A stretch of 64,000 bases of DNA from positions 4,402,001 to 4,466,000 of the forward strand of contig OX597839.1 of the NCBI GenBank assembly GCA_951406725.2, read 5' to 3'. Position 1 is the first letter of the stretch; each line of letters opens with the position of its first letter. This DNA is from Octopus vulgaris (Eukaryota). The translations under genes were made by a program, and so were the position numbers. Shown here piece after piece: positions 13,662-28,179 of the stretch. A model generated the notes under the pieces. It was not told the DNA's origin, did not search any database, and saw nothing but the letters and a program-made list of their open reading frames with translations.

Positions 13662-14149
13662 TCTCTATATATATACAAACATTGGCACACATTCGTATAT
13701 ACGCACACAAATAAACACATGCACACATTCATACAATAATCACACTGACTCACACAAACACACTCAGACATATAAAAATAATTGCTGCTTTGTTTTGATC
13801 ACTCGACCTTGTTGTTTTGTTTATGATTTTTCTGTGGTGGTTGTAGAGGTGGATTTGCGAGGTGAAATTTGCGAAGGCGTTGTATCGTACTGGCAGCCAT
13901 GACACTTTTGTTTCTCTGTATTATTTTTCGGTGATTTTATTAAAGTGTTAACCAGTTTAATTAATCTCTTTAAGAAATGATATCTTTTATTAAGATGTTG
14001 TCGCTTCTGGGTAATCTTGGTGACCAGGCTGCTCGGTCATTCGGTTGCTTTTCGTGCTTGTGTTTTGTATATTTGGTTATATCATATTTTCGTTGTTGTG
14101 GTAGCATTAGAACTTAGTGAACCCTGATTAAGAAGAACTATAACAAATC

Positions 14150-15680
14150 CCAGAGGATTTTTGCCTTCCCCTTTTCGTCCATTACCTTTTCCTATATACG
14201 TTGGTACCAAGCATTCGTAACCTCATATCCATACTTATGGCGTAGTATCTAGTGGAGGTTTTGGGCTACTTTGTCGTGTCTACATTTGTACTCTTTCTGC
14301 GCAAGACTTTCACAAGCACTAACAACGAGCGTCACATTTTCCACCCTCTTCCTACACAATCTACAGGCGTTCGATACATTTGTGTGTTCTATATTCTTTT
14401 TCTGGTGCTAGGCCACGGCGATTAGGCTTTCAGTATTTTATTTTAGGTCACTCTTCTGGAGCCACCTCCATGATGCTCCCTGGTTTTTCAACTTATTGGC
14501 TTGACAATGGAACTGATCACGTAATTCCATACGGAGTAGGGTTTCTTCTCTCTCGTTAGTTGTTCTTTTTCGGAATTCATGAGCACTCACAAGTCCACCT
14601 TTGTTAACCCCTTCTGCACTAGCAGCATACTGTAGCAAGTCTTTGCTGTTTACCAAATATTCTACCATATTTCTTCATTCACTGTTGATGCTATTCCGTA
14701 CGCTAATCAGCCCAGGTCCACCCTTAACTTTCTTCATGCAGAGCCTGTGTACATTTGCGTCCCCAAAGTCTATCCCCTCCTCACCGTGGTGGGGACGCTG
14801 GCAACGGATAGTGTCAGAGCTATGTCGTCGGGAACTTCGGTTCCTGGTAGGGCCACCCAAGGCGGATTGGTCTAACACCGAGTGGTATTAGGGCCACAAC
14901 CCGGCAGACGGGGTTTCTGGTGAAAATCCTCGGAGTGTCTGTTTCGGCAACCGGCGGCTCCTCGGTCGTTCTGTCCCTGCGTCTGCGGACAATCTGCGGC
15001 AAACAGGATGTCTCTACATGCGGGTTTGTTGGGGACCGCTTGTAAAATCCACATATTCCCACGAAACTTCTTCCATGGTAGAAGAAGCCGACTCAACCCG
15101 CCCAAGGTGAATGTCACCACAAGTAAGTAAGTAGTGTATACATTTGCCTTAAGGTGGAGGGCACCATGCATTGTCATTGTCTTTCGGGTAGTGCGATCGA
15201 GTTGGTCAATCTTCGCTTGCGTCCATTTCAGGATGGGTGCAGTATAGAGGACTACAGCAACAGCCCATATATTGATGACAGTCACAAGGTTCTCTGAGTT
15301 GAGTTATGACTTCAAGAGAAGTTTGAGGCGCTTGAAATATGCAGTCATGACTTAGTCTTTCATTTCTCTGTGCAAGATATTGTCCAGCTCCAGGATCCCA
15401 AGGTACCTGTACCCATCATCATTCGGGTCTTCTATTCCCTCTCCGTTTGGCAATTCTATGCCCCTACAACCTGCTCTTTTCCCCTCGCTTCAAAGTGAGT
15501 ACCGCACACTTCGAGATACCGAATTCCATCCCTATATCTTTGCTGCACATTTGCACAGTCTCAAGGACCCTCTCCATTTCAGCCTTTGCTTTGTGAACAG
15601 CTTTAAATCATCCTTGAAGTGAAGGTGGTTGGAGACAAGATCCGTCCTTTCTCAGCTCATAGTGCACTTTGATTTTACGT
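14150..15680 (-). mobile_element. Degenerate R4/Dong-like non-LTR retrotransposon (RT C-terminus plus Zn-knuckle/RHD region)
   Basis: Fragments read INIWAVAVVLYTAPILKWTQAKIDQLDRTTRKTMTMHGALH..RLCMKKVKGGPGL and, near 14270-14370, CRLC...SACESLAQKEYKCRHDKVA. Interrupted by the insertion at 14759-15134. Confidence 0.8.
14759..15134 (+). mobile_element. Non-autonomous RTE-related short retroelement, copy 1
   Basis: ~13-bp TSD (TGTGTACATTTGC / TGTATACATTTGC) and an (AAGT)n tail. Contains GAGCTATG..TAGGGCCACCCAAGGCGGATTGGTC, resembling RTE-clade 5' UTRs. Same ends as 17698-18050. Confidence 0.85.
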
Positions 15681-15711
15681 AGGACTACAAAAAAGTAGGA
15701 TTATTGCTGAA

Positions 15712-15891
15712 CGAAAAGCTTAGCGGTATTTCGCCCGTCGCTACGTTCTGAGTTCAAATCCCACCGAGGTCGGCTTCGCCTTTCATCCTTTCGGGGGTCG
15801 ATAAAATTATTACCAGTCAAGTACTGGGATCGATGTAAATCGACTTCATCCCTTCCCCATAATTTGAGGTCTTGTGCTTCCAGTAGAAAGG

Positions 15892-15892
<1 letters not shown>
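15712..15892 (+). mobile_element. SINE family B, followed by an (ATT)n tail
   Basis: Homologous to the units at 56776-58430 (GTTCAAAT B-box-like motif, GCCTTTCATCCTTTCGGGGGTCGATAAA core). Confidence 0.8.
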
Positions 15893-15967
<75 letters not shown>

Positions 15968-15991
15968 TCCGGGTTCGATTCCAGGCAGTGG

Positions 15992-16102
<111 letters not shown>

Positions 16103-16104
16103 GA

Positions 16105-16184
<80 letters not shown>

Positions 16185-16309
16185 CATTATTATTATTATT
16201 ATTAGTAGTAGTAGTAGTAATAGTCTTGTTGACATCATTATTGTTGTTGATTTTGTCATTGTGGTTGTTGCGGTTGTTGTTGTTATTATTATTATTATTA
16301 TCATTATTA

Positions 16310-16385
<76 letters not shown>

Positions 16386-16485
16386 CATTATTATTATTAT
16401 TATTATTATTACATTACGTGCATTAGTGAAAATTTCCGACTTTGAACGGCTTCTCAGTAATGTGTTTTGAATATTATCCCTGTCG

Positions 16486-16556
<71 letters not shown>

Positions 16557-17309
16557 AGCCTCTCCCTCTGCCCATCCGTCCATTTCCTCCTGCTACTCTC
16601 TTCTACGTATTATATCAACTTCTGTGCACTTTCTTAAATCTACTAACCAACTTTTCATTCCTACATTAATTTAAAAATCTCCATTATTCTATCTACCCAT
16701 TTTTCTTTGGTTATTTCTGTCTGCCCCCATAGTGTGTCTACATACATACGCACATACATACATACATACATACATACATATGCATGCATGCATACATAGA
16801 TGCATACATAGATGCATACATACATACATACATGCATACATACATGCATACATACATGCATACATACATGCATACATACATACATGCATGCATGCATACA
16901 TAGATGCATACATACATGCATACATGCATACATAATACATACATACATACATACATACATGCATGCATACATAGATGCATACATACATGCAGACATGCAT
17001 ACATGCATACATGCATACATACATACATACATACATGCATGCATACATAGATGCATACATACATACATACATACATACATACATGCATGCATACATAGAT
17101 GCATACATACATGCAGACATGCATACATGCATACATACATACATGCATACATGCATACATACATACATGCATACATACATACATACATGCATATACATGC
17201 ATACATACATATATAGAAGCATACATACATACATATATACATACATACATACATACATACATACGCACATACATGCATGCATGTACGCATGCACACACAT
17301 ACAGACATA

Positions 17310-17520
17310 TTCTGTTATTCATTTAGTTCCTTCTGTCATTTGATTGCGACCACGCTGGAGCACCGCCTTAAACGGTATTTTAGTCGAGGAAATCGAGCCC
17401 CAGGACTTATTCTTTGTAAGCCTAGTATTTATTCTATCTGTCTCTTTTGCCGAACCGCTGCTTACGGGGACGTAAACACACCAGCATCGGTCAAGCGATG
17501 GTGGTGGCACAAACATAAAC
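17310..17520 (-). mobile_element. SINE family A, 3' half
   Basis: Matches the reverse complement of 52200-52373. Confidence 0.8.
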
Positions 17521-17697
17521 CTAAAGACGCAGGCTTTTCAGAAATTGGAATTTTAAATCCTAATCTCTATAGGAATATTTTTTTATTTCAAGAAAACATT
17601 GAATATGAATTAGTTTTAATTTTTTCAATTATAGATAACAACTCGGTCTGTAGCTTCTGAGCCCGAGTTATTGGCTACAATTACATACTTGAAGTTA

Positions 17698-18050
17698 CTT
17701 ATTTGTACATGTGGCGACATTCACCCTGGGCGGGTTGAGTCGGCCTCTTTTACTCACGGAAGAAGTTTCGTGGGAATATGTGGACTTCACAAGCGGTCCC
17801 CAACAATCCCGCATGTGGAGACATCCTGTTTGCCGCAGATTGTCCGCAGACGCAGGGACAGAACGACCGAGTAGCCGCCGGATTTTCACCAGAGCCCCGT
17901 CTGCCGGGTTGTGGCCCTAATACCACTCGGTGTCAGACCAATCCGCCTTGGATGGCCCTACCAGGAACCGAAGTTCCCGACGGCATAGCTCTGACACTAC
18001 CCGTTGCCAGCGTCCCCACCACGGTGAGGAGGGTATGGACTTTGGGGACG
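17698..18050 (-). mobile_element. Non-autonomous RTE-related short retroelement, copy 2
   Basis: Perfect 14-bp TSD CATACTTGAAGTTA (17684-17697 and 18051-18064). Reverse-complement homologue of 14759-15134. Confidence 0.9.
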
Positions 18051-18161
18051 CATACTTGAAGTTAGTGTTGGGAGAACTTAAATCAGCTTGCAAATACTCG
18101 TTCACTTTACTAAATTTATACTCGGGCTAAGCCTGAACAGCCCGAGTGCCGGAGTCGCCAT

Positions 18162-18200
<39 letters not shown>

Positions 18201-18249
18201 ACTTCTTCCATGGGTATGTGTGAGTATCTCATTTATTTCTTTGCCACAT

Positions 18250-18309
18250 TTATCACTGACGAAGGTAGGGTTCTTACGAACTAACCCTGAAATCGGTGCG
18301 ATATGGTAA
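18250..18309 (+). ncRNA. Type I hammerhead ribozyme in (TA)n-flanked cassette ~18199-18522
   Basis: TTATCA-CTGACGA-aggtAGGGTTcttacgaactAACCCT-GAAA-TCGgtgCGA-TA-TGGTAA: 6-bp stem I with one G-U pair, a conventional stem III and an AUA triplet. Confidence 0.82.
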
Positions 18310-18521
18310 TGATGGAATTTTTTAGAAATTTCTGTCGGCTTTTTTTCGAGTAGGGTGCGTATCGTGTAAAATTATATGGTAATGCACAATATGTCCAATA
18401 TTCGGCAATTTTTTCGTTTGCCCTTATTCATAAGTTGTTTATAATTTTTAACCTTTAAAGGTATTTTTTAATATGCTGGCCATTGATAAAATTTATTTTT
18501 TGGAAAAAACTTTTATCCTAC

Positions 18522-18562
<41 letters not shown>

Positions 18563-18868
18563 TATCGTGTGAATTTGTAATTCACTATATCTTATATCAT
18601 ATCGACGATTTTTTTTTATTTATGTATCTATTTATGTGTATATATATTTTTTAAATGCCTACGTATTTTAAATATTTGCGTGTTTTTACATATTAAATAT
18701 TTATATGTTTATATGCTTGTATGTCTTTAATACTAATATTATTTCGAACTTTATATTGATTTATTAATGTCGAAGAAAGTACACATATATACTGAATATT
18801 CTATTGGATAATAGGTCATGTTCCTCTAGTTTTCCGTTCGTTTTACCTCCATTCAAATTATATATATA

Positions 18869-19249
18869 CTAGCAGTATCGCCCGGCGTTGCTCGGGTTTG
18901 TAAGGGAAATAACTATATAAGCATTTTTAGAGATGTAAAGAGTAATAGCCATCTCAATATGTCTAACCATATTTAATAATATAATGAGATTTAATAATAC
19001 ATTTTTAGAGAGTTACTTCCCTTATATATGCCAAAAATGCATTAAAAATGGGAAAAATTGATGGTAATTTTTTTTTTTTTAAATCGTAGACTCATCGTAG
19101 ACGCGCGCTAATACCCAGAAGGGCTTGATATGAATCACGACTATAAGATACCCAGTTTTGGTTAAACTGCACCGCAAAATGTGGGAGTAGTTAGGAATCT
19201 AAATCGTAGGAGACAGACACTCACACAACCTCTCTTTTATATATAAAGA
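18869..19249 (-). mobile_element. Non-autonomous Helitron
   Basis: The minus strand starts A|TCTTTATATATAAAAG and ends with the subterminal hairpin CCCGAGCAACGCCGGG followed by CTAG|T. No TSD. Confidence 0.85.
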
Positions 19250-20168
19250 TATTAAAAAATGTATTGTTATTAAACAAACGACGTGATGATAAATACGATG
19301 GTGATGATGATAGTCATCATCTGCATTGTCATCATCATCAAGTCATTCACTTGCTGTTGTTTTTCTAGTAGTTGTTGTAGGAAACAACAACGACCACGAT
19401 GTCGACGTTTCGCCCGCCAAAACTCTTCATCCACCACACCGAACCTTCAAGAACAACAGAATCGTTGAGAGCGGCGATTATTCGGGCGTCATAAACAGAG
19501 TGTGTGTTTAAGAGCGTATGTATGCGCGCGCGAGTGTGCTGCGTCTCTGGGAGGTAGCAGGGGCTATGGCTATCTTCGGCTGTCATCCATTCTATAGCAG
19601 GCTACTAGACTTGTATGTATTTATTTATATATTCATTTATGTATTCGCCTGTTTTTCTTTTATTCGTATATATGTTATATATATAAACACACACACACCC
19701 ACACAAGCACACACACACAAACAAATCTATCTATATATGTATATATATATATATACATGTATATGTATGTGTATATATATATATGTATGCATATATGTAT
19801 ATATATATATATATATTAAGTATATATTCTAGATTATATGTAATGGATGAATATATTTATGTTTATGTATGAACATACACACACACACACACACACACAC
19901 ATACACACACATACACACACACACATACACACACATACACACATACATATATGTTGGTTGGTTTGTTTTGCTTCGTTTTGCTTCGATCAATTGCCGAAGC
20001 CTTACGCAAAAGAGTTGTCTCCCCCTGTGGCTGCTTTGATGGACAGAGGTTGTTGAAGTCGCTTAATGGATTTATATATGGAGAAGACGTATGACTTCAG
20101 GGCAGATAGCGAATTTCTGGAGACAGGAAATCACAGTGTGTGCTTCTGAGTACACGCTCTAGTGTGTG

Positions 20169-20215
<47 letters not shown>

Positions 20216-20325
20216 GTGTGTGTGCGTGTGTATGTATAAGAGTGTATTAGTTTGTGTCCAGTGTTCATGAGTTTGAGTGCAATGGATTTATATTTGTATA
20301 TGCTTATGTACACACATACACATGT

Positions 20326-20397
<72 letters not shown>

Positions 20398-20697
20398 GCA
20401 CATATACACGTATATATGTACGTATGTATACATATGCATATGCGTATATACATATAGATTTGCGCATAATTCTGTGTATATATATATATATCCATATACA
20501 TATATATGTATATACACATATATATGTATATATACATATATATATATACATACACATATATATGTATATATACATATATATATACACATATATATACATA
20601 TATATATATATATACACATATATATACATATATACATATATATACACATATATATACATAAATACATATATATATACATATATACATATATATATAT

Positions 20698-20752
<55 letters not shown>

Positions 20753-20765
20753 TATATACATATAC

Positions 20766-20804
<39 letters not shown>

Positions 20805-21237
20805 AAATTCTTAATCTACAGTATGTGTGTACGTTTCCTTTTTTAAGTGTGTGTAATTATGTGCATGTATGTGCTAGTGCATCGCTTCTGTATCTGTGTG
20901 TTTGTGTGTGTGTGTACATGTGGTGCTTGAATGTGTAGTGCTACATGCTCTCTGAGTAATGTATATTTCAAAATATGGCGGATGCCATGTATGGAGTGGC
21001 TTTTTCGACTAGGCGTGTGTATGCCTATATGTGTGCATGGACAGGCATGCAAGTTTGTATGTATGTATGTATGTATGTATGTATGTATGTATGTATGTAT
21101 GTATGTATGTATGTATGTATGTATGTGTGTACATGTGTGTGTATGTATATATATGTGTGTAGGCGTCTTGATGTATGTGTGCCTATATATATAAATATAT
21201 GTATATACACACACATATATATATACAAGTACATATA

Positions 21238-21445
21238 TTCTGTTATTCTTTCACTTGTCCGAGTCATTTGACTGCGGCGATGCTGGAACACCGCCTTCCA
21301 TCGAACAAATCGACTTCAAGACTTATTCTTTGTAAGTCTGGTATTTATCCTATCGGTCACTTTTGCCGAACCGCTAAGTTACTGGGACGTAAACACACCA
21401 ACATTAGTTGCCAAGCGATGGTGGGGGGGACAAACACAGACACAA
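21238..21445 (-). mobile_element. SINE family A, 3' half
   Basis: Homologous to 39323-39540. Confidence 0.8.
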
Positions 21446-21499
21446 ATATTTACATTACTTGCATTTGACGGATATGTGTCCTCATCTTGTTTGTTGTTA

Positions 21500-21543
21500 G
21501 CACAACGCTTCGGCTGATATACCTTCCAGCCTTCGTCAGGTGT
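21500..21543 (-). ncRNA. Minimal hammerhead motif (mutated GAAG core), family shared with 21742 and 28134
   Basis: The minus strand reads ACAC-CTGACGA-aGGCTGgaaggtatatCAGCC-GAAGC-GTT-GTGC. Confidence 0.65.
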
Positions 21544-21590
21544 CTTGGGGAAATTTCGAACCTGGGTTCGCATTCCTAAGGTATTTTCGA

Positions 21591-21630
<40 letters not shown>

Positions 21631-21741
21631 GCTGTTGTTGTTGTTGTTTTACCTCCTCCTCATCTTCTCCATCGCCATTATGAACATATTATTATTGCTT
21701 TTAATACCATTGTTGATGATGGTACGATGAAATTTCACCGA

Positions 21742-21787
21742 GACCCCTGATGAAGGCTGGATGGTATATCAGCCGAAACGTTGTGTT
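21742..21787 (+). ncRNA. Minimal hammerhead motif
   Basis: gaccc-CTGATGA-aGGCTGgatggtatatCAGCC-GAAAC-GTT-gtgtt, with one mismatch in stem I. Confidence 0.7.
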
Positions 21788-21846
21788 AACAACAAACAAG
21801 ATAAGGACAAATATCCGTCAAATTTAAATAATGTACATACATACAT

Positions 21847-21917
<71 letters not shown>

Positions 21918-22110
21918 TATATATATATATAGATGTAGATGTGTAGAGTCGTGTTGTTGCTTTTGAAGAGAAGGTGTATATATATATATACTTTGATACT
22001 TTGATACTTTGATAGGTTTCGGCCATTATTGGCCCAGGCCATGTCTAACTTAATAGCACCACCTGTATATATATGATAAGCACCTTTTATATTTTTATAT
22101 TTTTTATTCA

Positions 22111-22168
22111 TACTTACGTTTCAATAAATACATTGCTTTTAACTCTGCATAGCGAATCATCAGAGAAC
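22111..22168 (-). ncRNA. Minimal hammerhead motif in (TA)n-flanked cassette ~21990-22447
   Basis: The minus strand reads gttct-CTGATGA-ttcgctatgcagagttaaaagcaatgtatttatt-GAAAC-GTA-agta. The core is intact but the stems are imperfect. Confidence 0.55.
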
Positions 22169-22445
22169 ACTGTATTGTATTAACTCCTGGTTATGCATCC
22201 AAATGCACATGGAACACTCAGTGCAAAGTCTCAATAAGCTATCATATTGAAACGCACGTTGACACTAATGTTTTAACCTTATATTCATTGTAATTTCTCC
22301 AACATTTACTCTGTTTTTTTTTATATTTAACTAGTAATACTACTAAGTCCAGTAGTTAATTAACCATTGTATTAGAAGCAGAGTGCATGATAATAATCTA
22401 AACTTAACAGTAATAGTCGGACATCTATTGCCATAAAGCCATATT

Positions 22446-22501
<56 letters not shown>

Positions 22502-22809
22502 TTAAATAATAAGGGTAGAAATTGATATTAATCAATTAAAACTAGTGGCTTAGCATATTTAAAAAATCCGAAGATTAAAAATCGTGTTACATACAAAATT
22601 TAGAAGAATGACCACTAAAGTGGACATTCTTTACGCTAAACATAGATGACAAATCGCCATTACCACAAAGAAGTACTTTCCGATCTCAGCGCGCCAAAGT
22701 GAAGGCATTTGAAAGATACACCCAAATATTGTGTAGAACTTTATACATGATCGATTTCGGTTGAGCGTTCTGTATGTAGTTCTAGAAATTATGTTTTGTA
22801 AACGACAGA

Positions 22810-22883
22810 CTATGCTGATGACCTTGCAGATATTTACGTCTTCATATATGTAAATATTAACAAGTGAAACCAATGGTAAATAG
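22810..22883 (+). ncRNA. Type I hammerhead ribozyme in cassette ~22500-22920
   Basis: CTATg-CTGATGA-cCTTGcagATATTTACgtcttcatatatGTAAATATtaaCAAGt-GAAAC-caatg-GTA-aATAG. Confidence 0.75.
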
Positions 22884-23078
22884 GTAATCGTTTTTTATTT
22901 CGTATATTTTCATTTGTCTTGTTATATAATATAATATAATATAATATAATATAATATAATATAATATAATATAATATAATAGACCAGTTTCGAGTGAATC
23001 AGGCACTTACATGGTAAGACACCAATTAAAAACATGTTGGAAACAGTTATAGTGGATCGACACATTATCTATCTGTTG

Positions 23079-23129
<51 letters not shown>

Positions 23130-23374
23130 TACACACAGACATGCACATTTATACACTAGGCTACGAATGTGAAATACATATATATGTATGTGCATGGGTC
23201 TATGTGTATGTCAACGTGTTTACGTATTCGTGCATGTGTGCCGGTGTGACTATGTGTGTATATATATATACAGAAGCATCGACTGATAGGGGAACGTACG
23301 AGCTGGAAGAGAAATGTTATCGCCAAGGAAACAAAGGTCGCAATTTATAGATGGTAAGGTAGATAGACAGATAA

Positions 23375-23448
<74 letters not shown>

Positions 23449-23922
23449 GGATAGATAGATGGATAGATAGATAGAGAGATAAATAGATAGATGAATACAA
23501 ACAGATTTAAATTTAGATATAGAATGACAGAGATGATTGAATACATCGATAGATAGATAAAATGATAATGTAAGGAAATTCATCTATCCCGCCAGGCATA
23601 TACATAAACACACAGACACAAACACAGACACACAGACACGCACAGACACAAACACACACACACATACGTGTATGTATATATATGTATGTTATGATTTCGC
23701 ATAGGCATAGTGGTATTAATAACCAGTTGCTAGAATTGAATGTACATGCACCTTACAGTAAAGCGTAAGCTTAGTGCTACGTCATTTAAATGGCTTCCAG
23801 TAAAGTATTCGATTTCACAGACAAAAAAAACTCAATCTGGCTGCATTTCATTCTATAGCAGAAACAGCTGTAAGCAAAATACTTAATTATGTAACTCGTA
23901 TTATTTTTATTATTCATTCATT

Positions 23923-24076
<154 letters not shown>

Positions 24077-24109
24077 GTATATACACATATACATATACAT
24101 ATGCATATA

Positions 24110-24140
<31 letters not shown>

Positions 24141-24152
24141 CATATATATATA

Positions 24153-24257
<105 letters not shown>

Positions 24258-24278
24258 TATGTATATGTATATGTGTAT

Positions 24279-24322
<44 letters not shown>

Positions 24323-24673
24323 GAATATATGTGTGTGTGATATAGGTACGTAGGTAGGTAGGTAGATAAACAGAGAAAAATAGATAGATGGACCAAAGTA
24401 TAGATGATTACTCAGACAGCTTTCAATTTGAACGAAGATCTCAAAAGCGATTTAGTCTACTTAAATAGACAGACTGGTATCTCCGAGTCCATCACATTTA
24501 ATAACACAATCTGAGAACTAATCTCGGTCACATGACTTGCAACATTTACCTAACTGGTGTGCATAGCTAGCGCCAATTTGTACTGATATAACACTGCATA
24601 GCAATATGTATATGTATATACGTGTGTATGTAAACATATAAATGAGTGTATGTATATGTGTTTGTGTATATGC

Positions 24674-24710
<37 letters not shown>

Positions 24711-24996
24711 GGAGAGAGGTAGTAGATATATGTAATATATATTTATTTATATACATATATATACATATAGGTGTGTATACTTACATACACACACATATAT
24801 ATATCAAGGTATACATACAAATGCATATATATATATGTGTGAATATATACATCACATATGATTATACTAAGTTATACATATATACTTATATACAAATAAG
24901 TATATGTATATACGTGTGTATGTAAACATATAAATGTGTGTATGTATATGTGTTTGTGTATATGCCTGTATATATATATATATATATATATACAAA

Positions 24997-25058
<62 letters not shown>

Positions 25059-25644
25059 AATATATACATCACATATAAATCTACTAATTTAAACATATAT
25101 ACTTATATACAAATAATAAATTGCACATAAGTAACAGGCTTACACATATACACGCGTCTTGTTGTCATGCATACGTATACATTTCTATAGAGTTATATAT
25201 ATTCTATATACCTCCCTACGTACACAATGGCATACACACGTAACAATGTATGTACGTATGTACGTGTGTGTAAATGTATATATGTCAGCATATATGTATG
25301 TGTATACATATAAATATATGTACATTTGTACATACGTATACACATACACACACATGCATTCTTATATATGTATACACAGACACGCATATATTTGTGTATA
25401 TATATGTATATATATATATATATGCGTGTGTCTTTATGTATAAATACATGTGTGTGTGTGTGTGTGTGGGTGTGTGTGTAGAATGTAAAGTACACATTAA
25501 CACACCTCGACTAACCGTCGAAACACACCAAGATTTAAGTTTTGTACACTATGACGCATTTACAATTGCACGTAAATCTTACCATGTATGCACAGACATA
25601 CAGACACACAGACAAAACTCATAGACATTCGTTGGCATACATAC

Positions 25645-25763
<119 letters not shown>

Positions 25764-25871
25764 CACACACATATATATATATATATATCTATATATATAT
25801 ATGTGTGTATGTATATATATATATTTATGCACCAACTTATTATTATCATTTGTATTATTATTATAGATATG

Positions 25872-25906
<35 letters not shown>

Positions 25907-26010
25907 GCATATATATGTATATATGTATGTATGCAAGTATATTCACATATATTTCATATATCTTTATACACACAGAAAGAGTGACAGAAAAGTTGGTATT
26001 TTAAATATAC

Positions 26011-26081
<71 letters not shown>

Positions 26082-26360
26082 TGTATGTATATTTACACAT
26101 ACACAAACGCGCGCATACGTGCAAACACGCACACACACACACACACATACACATACACACACATATATATATATACGTACATAGACATACAGCTTGGCAT
26201 GTGTATACGTAATTCATTATATCTCCCGAGACACTTTTAAAGCTGCGTTCTTAAGCGACAACAATAACATCGATATAAAGCAGACATTTTAGTAAATGGA
26301 TATATAGATTTAGCTATCACAGATCGCCATTAAGAAAGTGAAATATAATACGTACACAAA

Positions 26361-26436
<76 letters not shown>

Positions 26437-26526
26437 TAGAAAATATTTATGCAAATATATCCATGTCTATATATATTTGTGTGTATGTTTGTGTGTTTGT
26501 ATATATATATATGTTAAGAGAGAGAG

Positions 26527-26613
<87 letters not shown>

Positions 26614-26894
26614 ATTAAGAGAGAGTGAGATAGAGAGAGAAAGAGAGAGAGAGTGAGAAAGAGAAAAATACAAAATGGTTGACAACGCCTTCAGATTTTG
26701 CCTGTCTCGTAGTTTACTCAACTAAGACCCTTTGAACAAACCACGAGTCAAGCAAAACTTATGTTTCACGTGTTCAATTTCTCTAAATAACGAATTTGGT
26801 GCTACCAACAGGTCCTGTGTCAGTAAATGCTTTCTGTTATTCAACCTCTAGAAACCCAGATGCAAAAACACTTAAATTATGTATGTATGGATGG

Positions 26895-26929
<35 letters not shown>

Positions 26930-27396
26930 GAATTCAGTCGTACTCCATCACTGGCTTGAAAAGTTTAATCGATGAAGTCGCCTCCAGTACTTATTTGAAT
27001 TCTGGTTCTCAGGAATATTGGCATCTTTGGTTACGTAATAAAAACCAACAACTGTTATAAAGCAGTGGGAAGACGGAATGAAGCTATAAGGCATTCTTCG
27101 CTCCCTCCTCACACTATCTAGGCGCTGACATGACTATGTGGTATGAATTTTGCTTCCCAATCACATGGCTCCGAATTCAAGTCTCATCTTGAGCCAGTGT
27201 CTTCCTCTATATAGCTTCACACCGACGAAAGCCTTATGAATGGATTCAGAAGACGGAAACTGAATATATATATATATATATAAAATTTTTTGTTTTTTAA
27301 ATATGAAAGAATGGAGTTGAACGACGAATTAACAAAATTCCTTTATTTTCGACATATGTTTCGAAGGCTGCATATTCCTAATTGCGAAGGAATTGC

Positions 27397-27479
27397 TTTT
27401 CCTGATGAGAAAGCGGCATAATATACTCCTTATTCCTTCGCAATTAGGAATATGCAGCCTTCGAAACATATGTCGAAAA
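27397..27479 (+). ncRNA. Type I hammerhead ribozyme in a fold-back cassette
   Basis: TTTTC-CTGATGA-gaaagcggcata...tatgcagccttc-GAAAC-atat-GTC-GAAAA, with a canonical GUC triplet. Inverted arms at 27294-27393 and 27432-27532. Cassette ~27282-27655 is flanked by (TA)n. Confidence 0.87.
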
Positions 27480-28133
27480 TAAAGGGATTTTGTTAATTCG
27501 TCGTTCAACTCCATTCTTTCATATTTAAAAAAAAAACATACAAATTTCAACACGAAAGCTCGTAACTTCAAACGTGTCTTCTCTGATGTGAATTTGCTAC
27601 CCAGGTATCGGTTTACCGAATCATCCATAACAAGATAATTCATTCAACTACTCAAATATATATATATATATATACATATATATACAACTTATAAACAAGG
27701 GCAACGAAAATTATTTCCATGCCAATATGCTGATAACAGACTTTTAAATCGTCAATTTCCACGTTATTATATACCCACTACAGAAATACGTTGTGCTGAA
27801 ATCGAGGAAAGCTAGTCAACAGAATAAAAAAAAAAAAGTTCGTTATTTCTATATTGAATTAATTTCGGAATTAATCTCATAGATATTTTCCTCTTCAGTA
27901 GAAAATACGATAAGAACTAAATGAAATACTTACATGCGCCCTTGGAAAAAACCGAAGTAAATGTCATGTGTACACATAAGTACCCCAGATATATCTAAAT
28001 ATAAAATCCTTTGGCTAGCCTCAGCAAACGTGTGAACTGTTCTCTACCACAGCTTATAGTTATTAGTATTAATAATAACTATAAGCTAATAAAATATCTT
28101 AGGAATGAGAATCCAGGTTCGAAATTTGCCCAA

Positions 28134-28179
28134 AACACCTGACGAAGGCTGGAGGTTATATCAGCCGAAACGTTGTGTT
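28134..28179 (+). ncRNA. Minimal hammerhead motif
   Basis: AACAC-CTGACGA-aGGCTGgaggttatatCAGCC-GAAAC-GTT-GTGTT: 5-bp stem I, 5-bp stem II, stem III reduced to ACGT. Confidence 0.8.

Noticed and set aside
24607-25110. Duplicated blocks within compound microsatellites (also ~30100-30700, ~35050-35420, ~29665-29750)
   Set aside because: These are consistent with ordinary slippage or unequal exchange in simple repeats, with no further structure.
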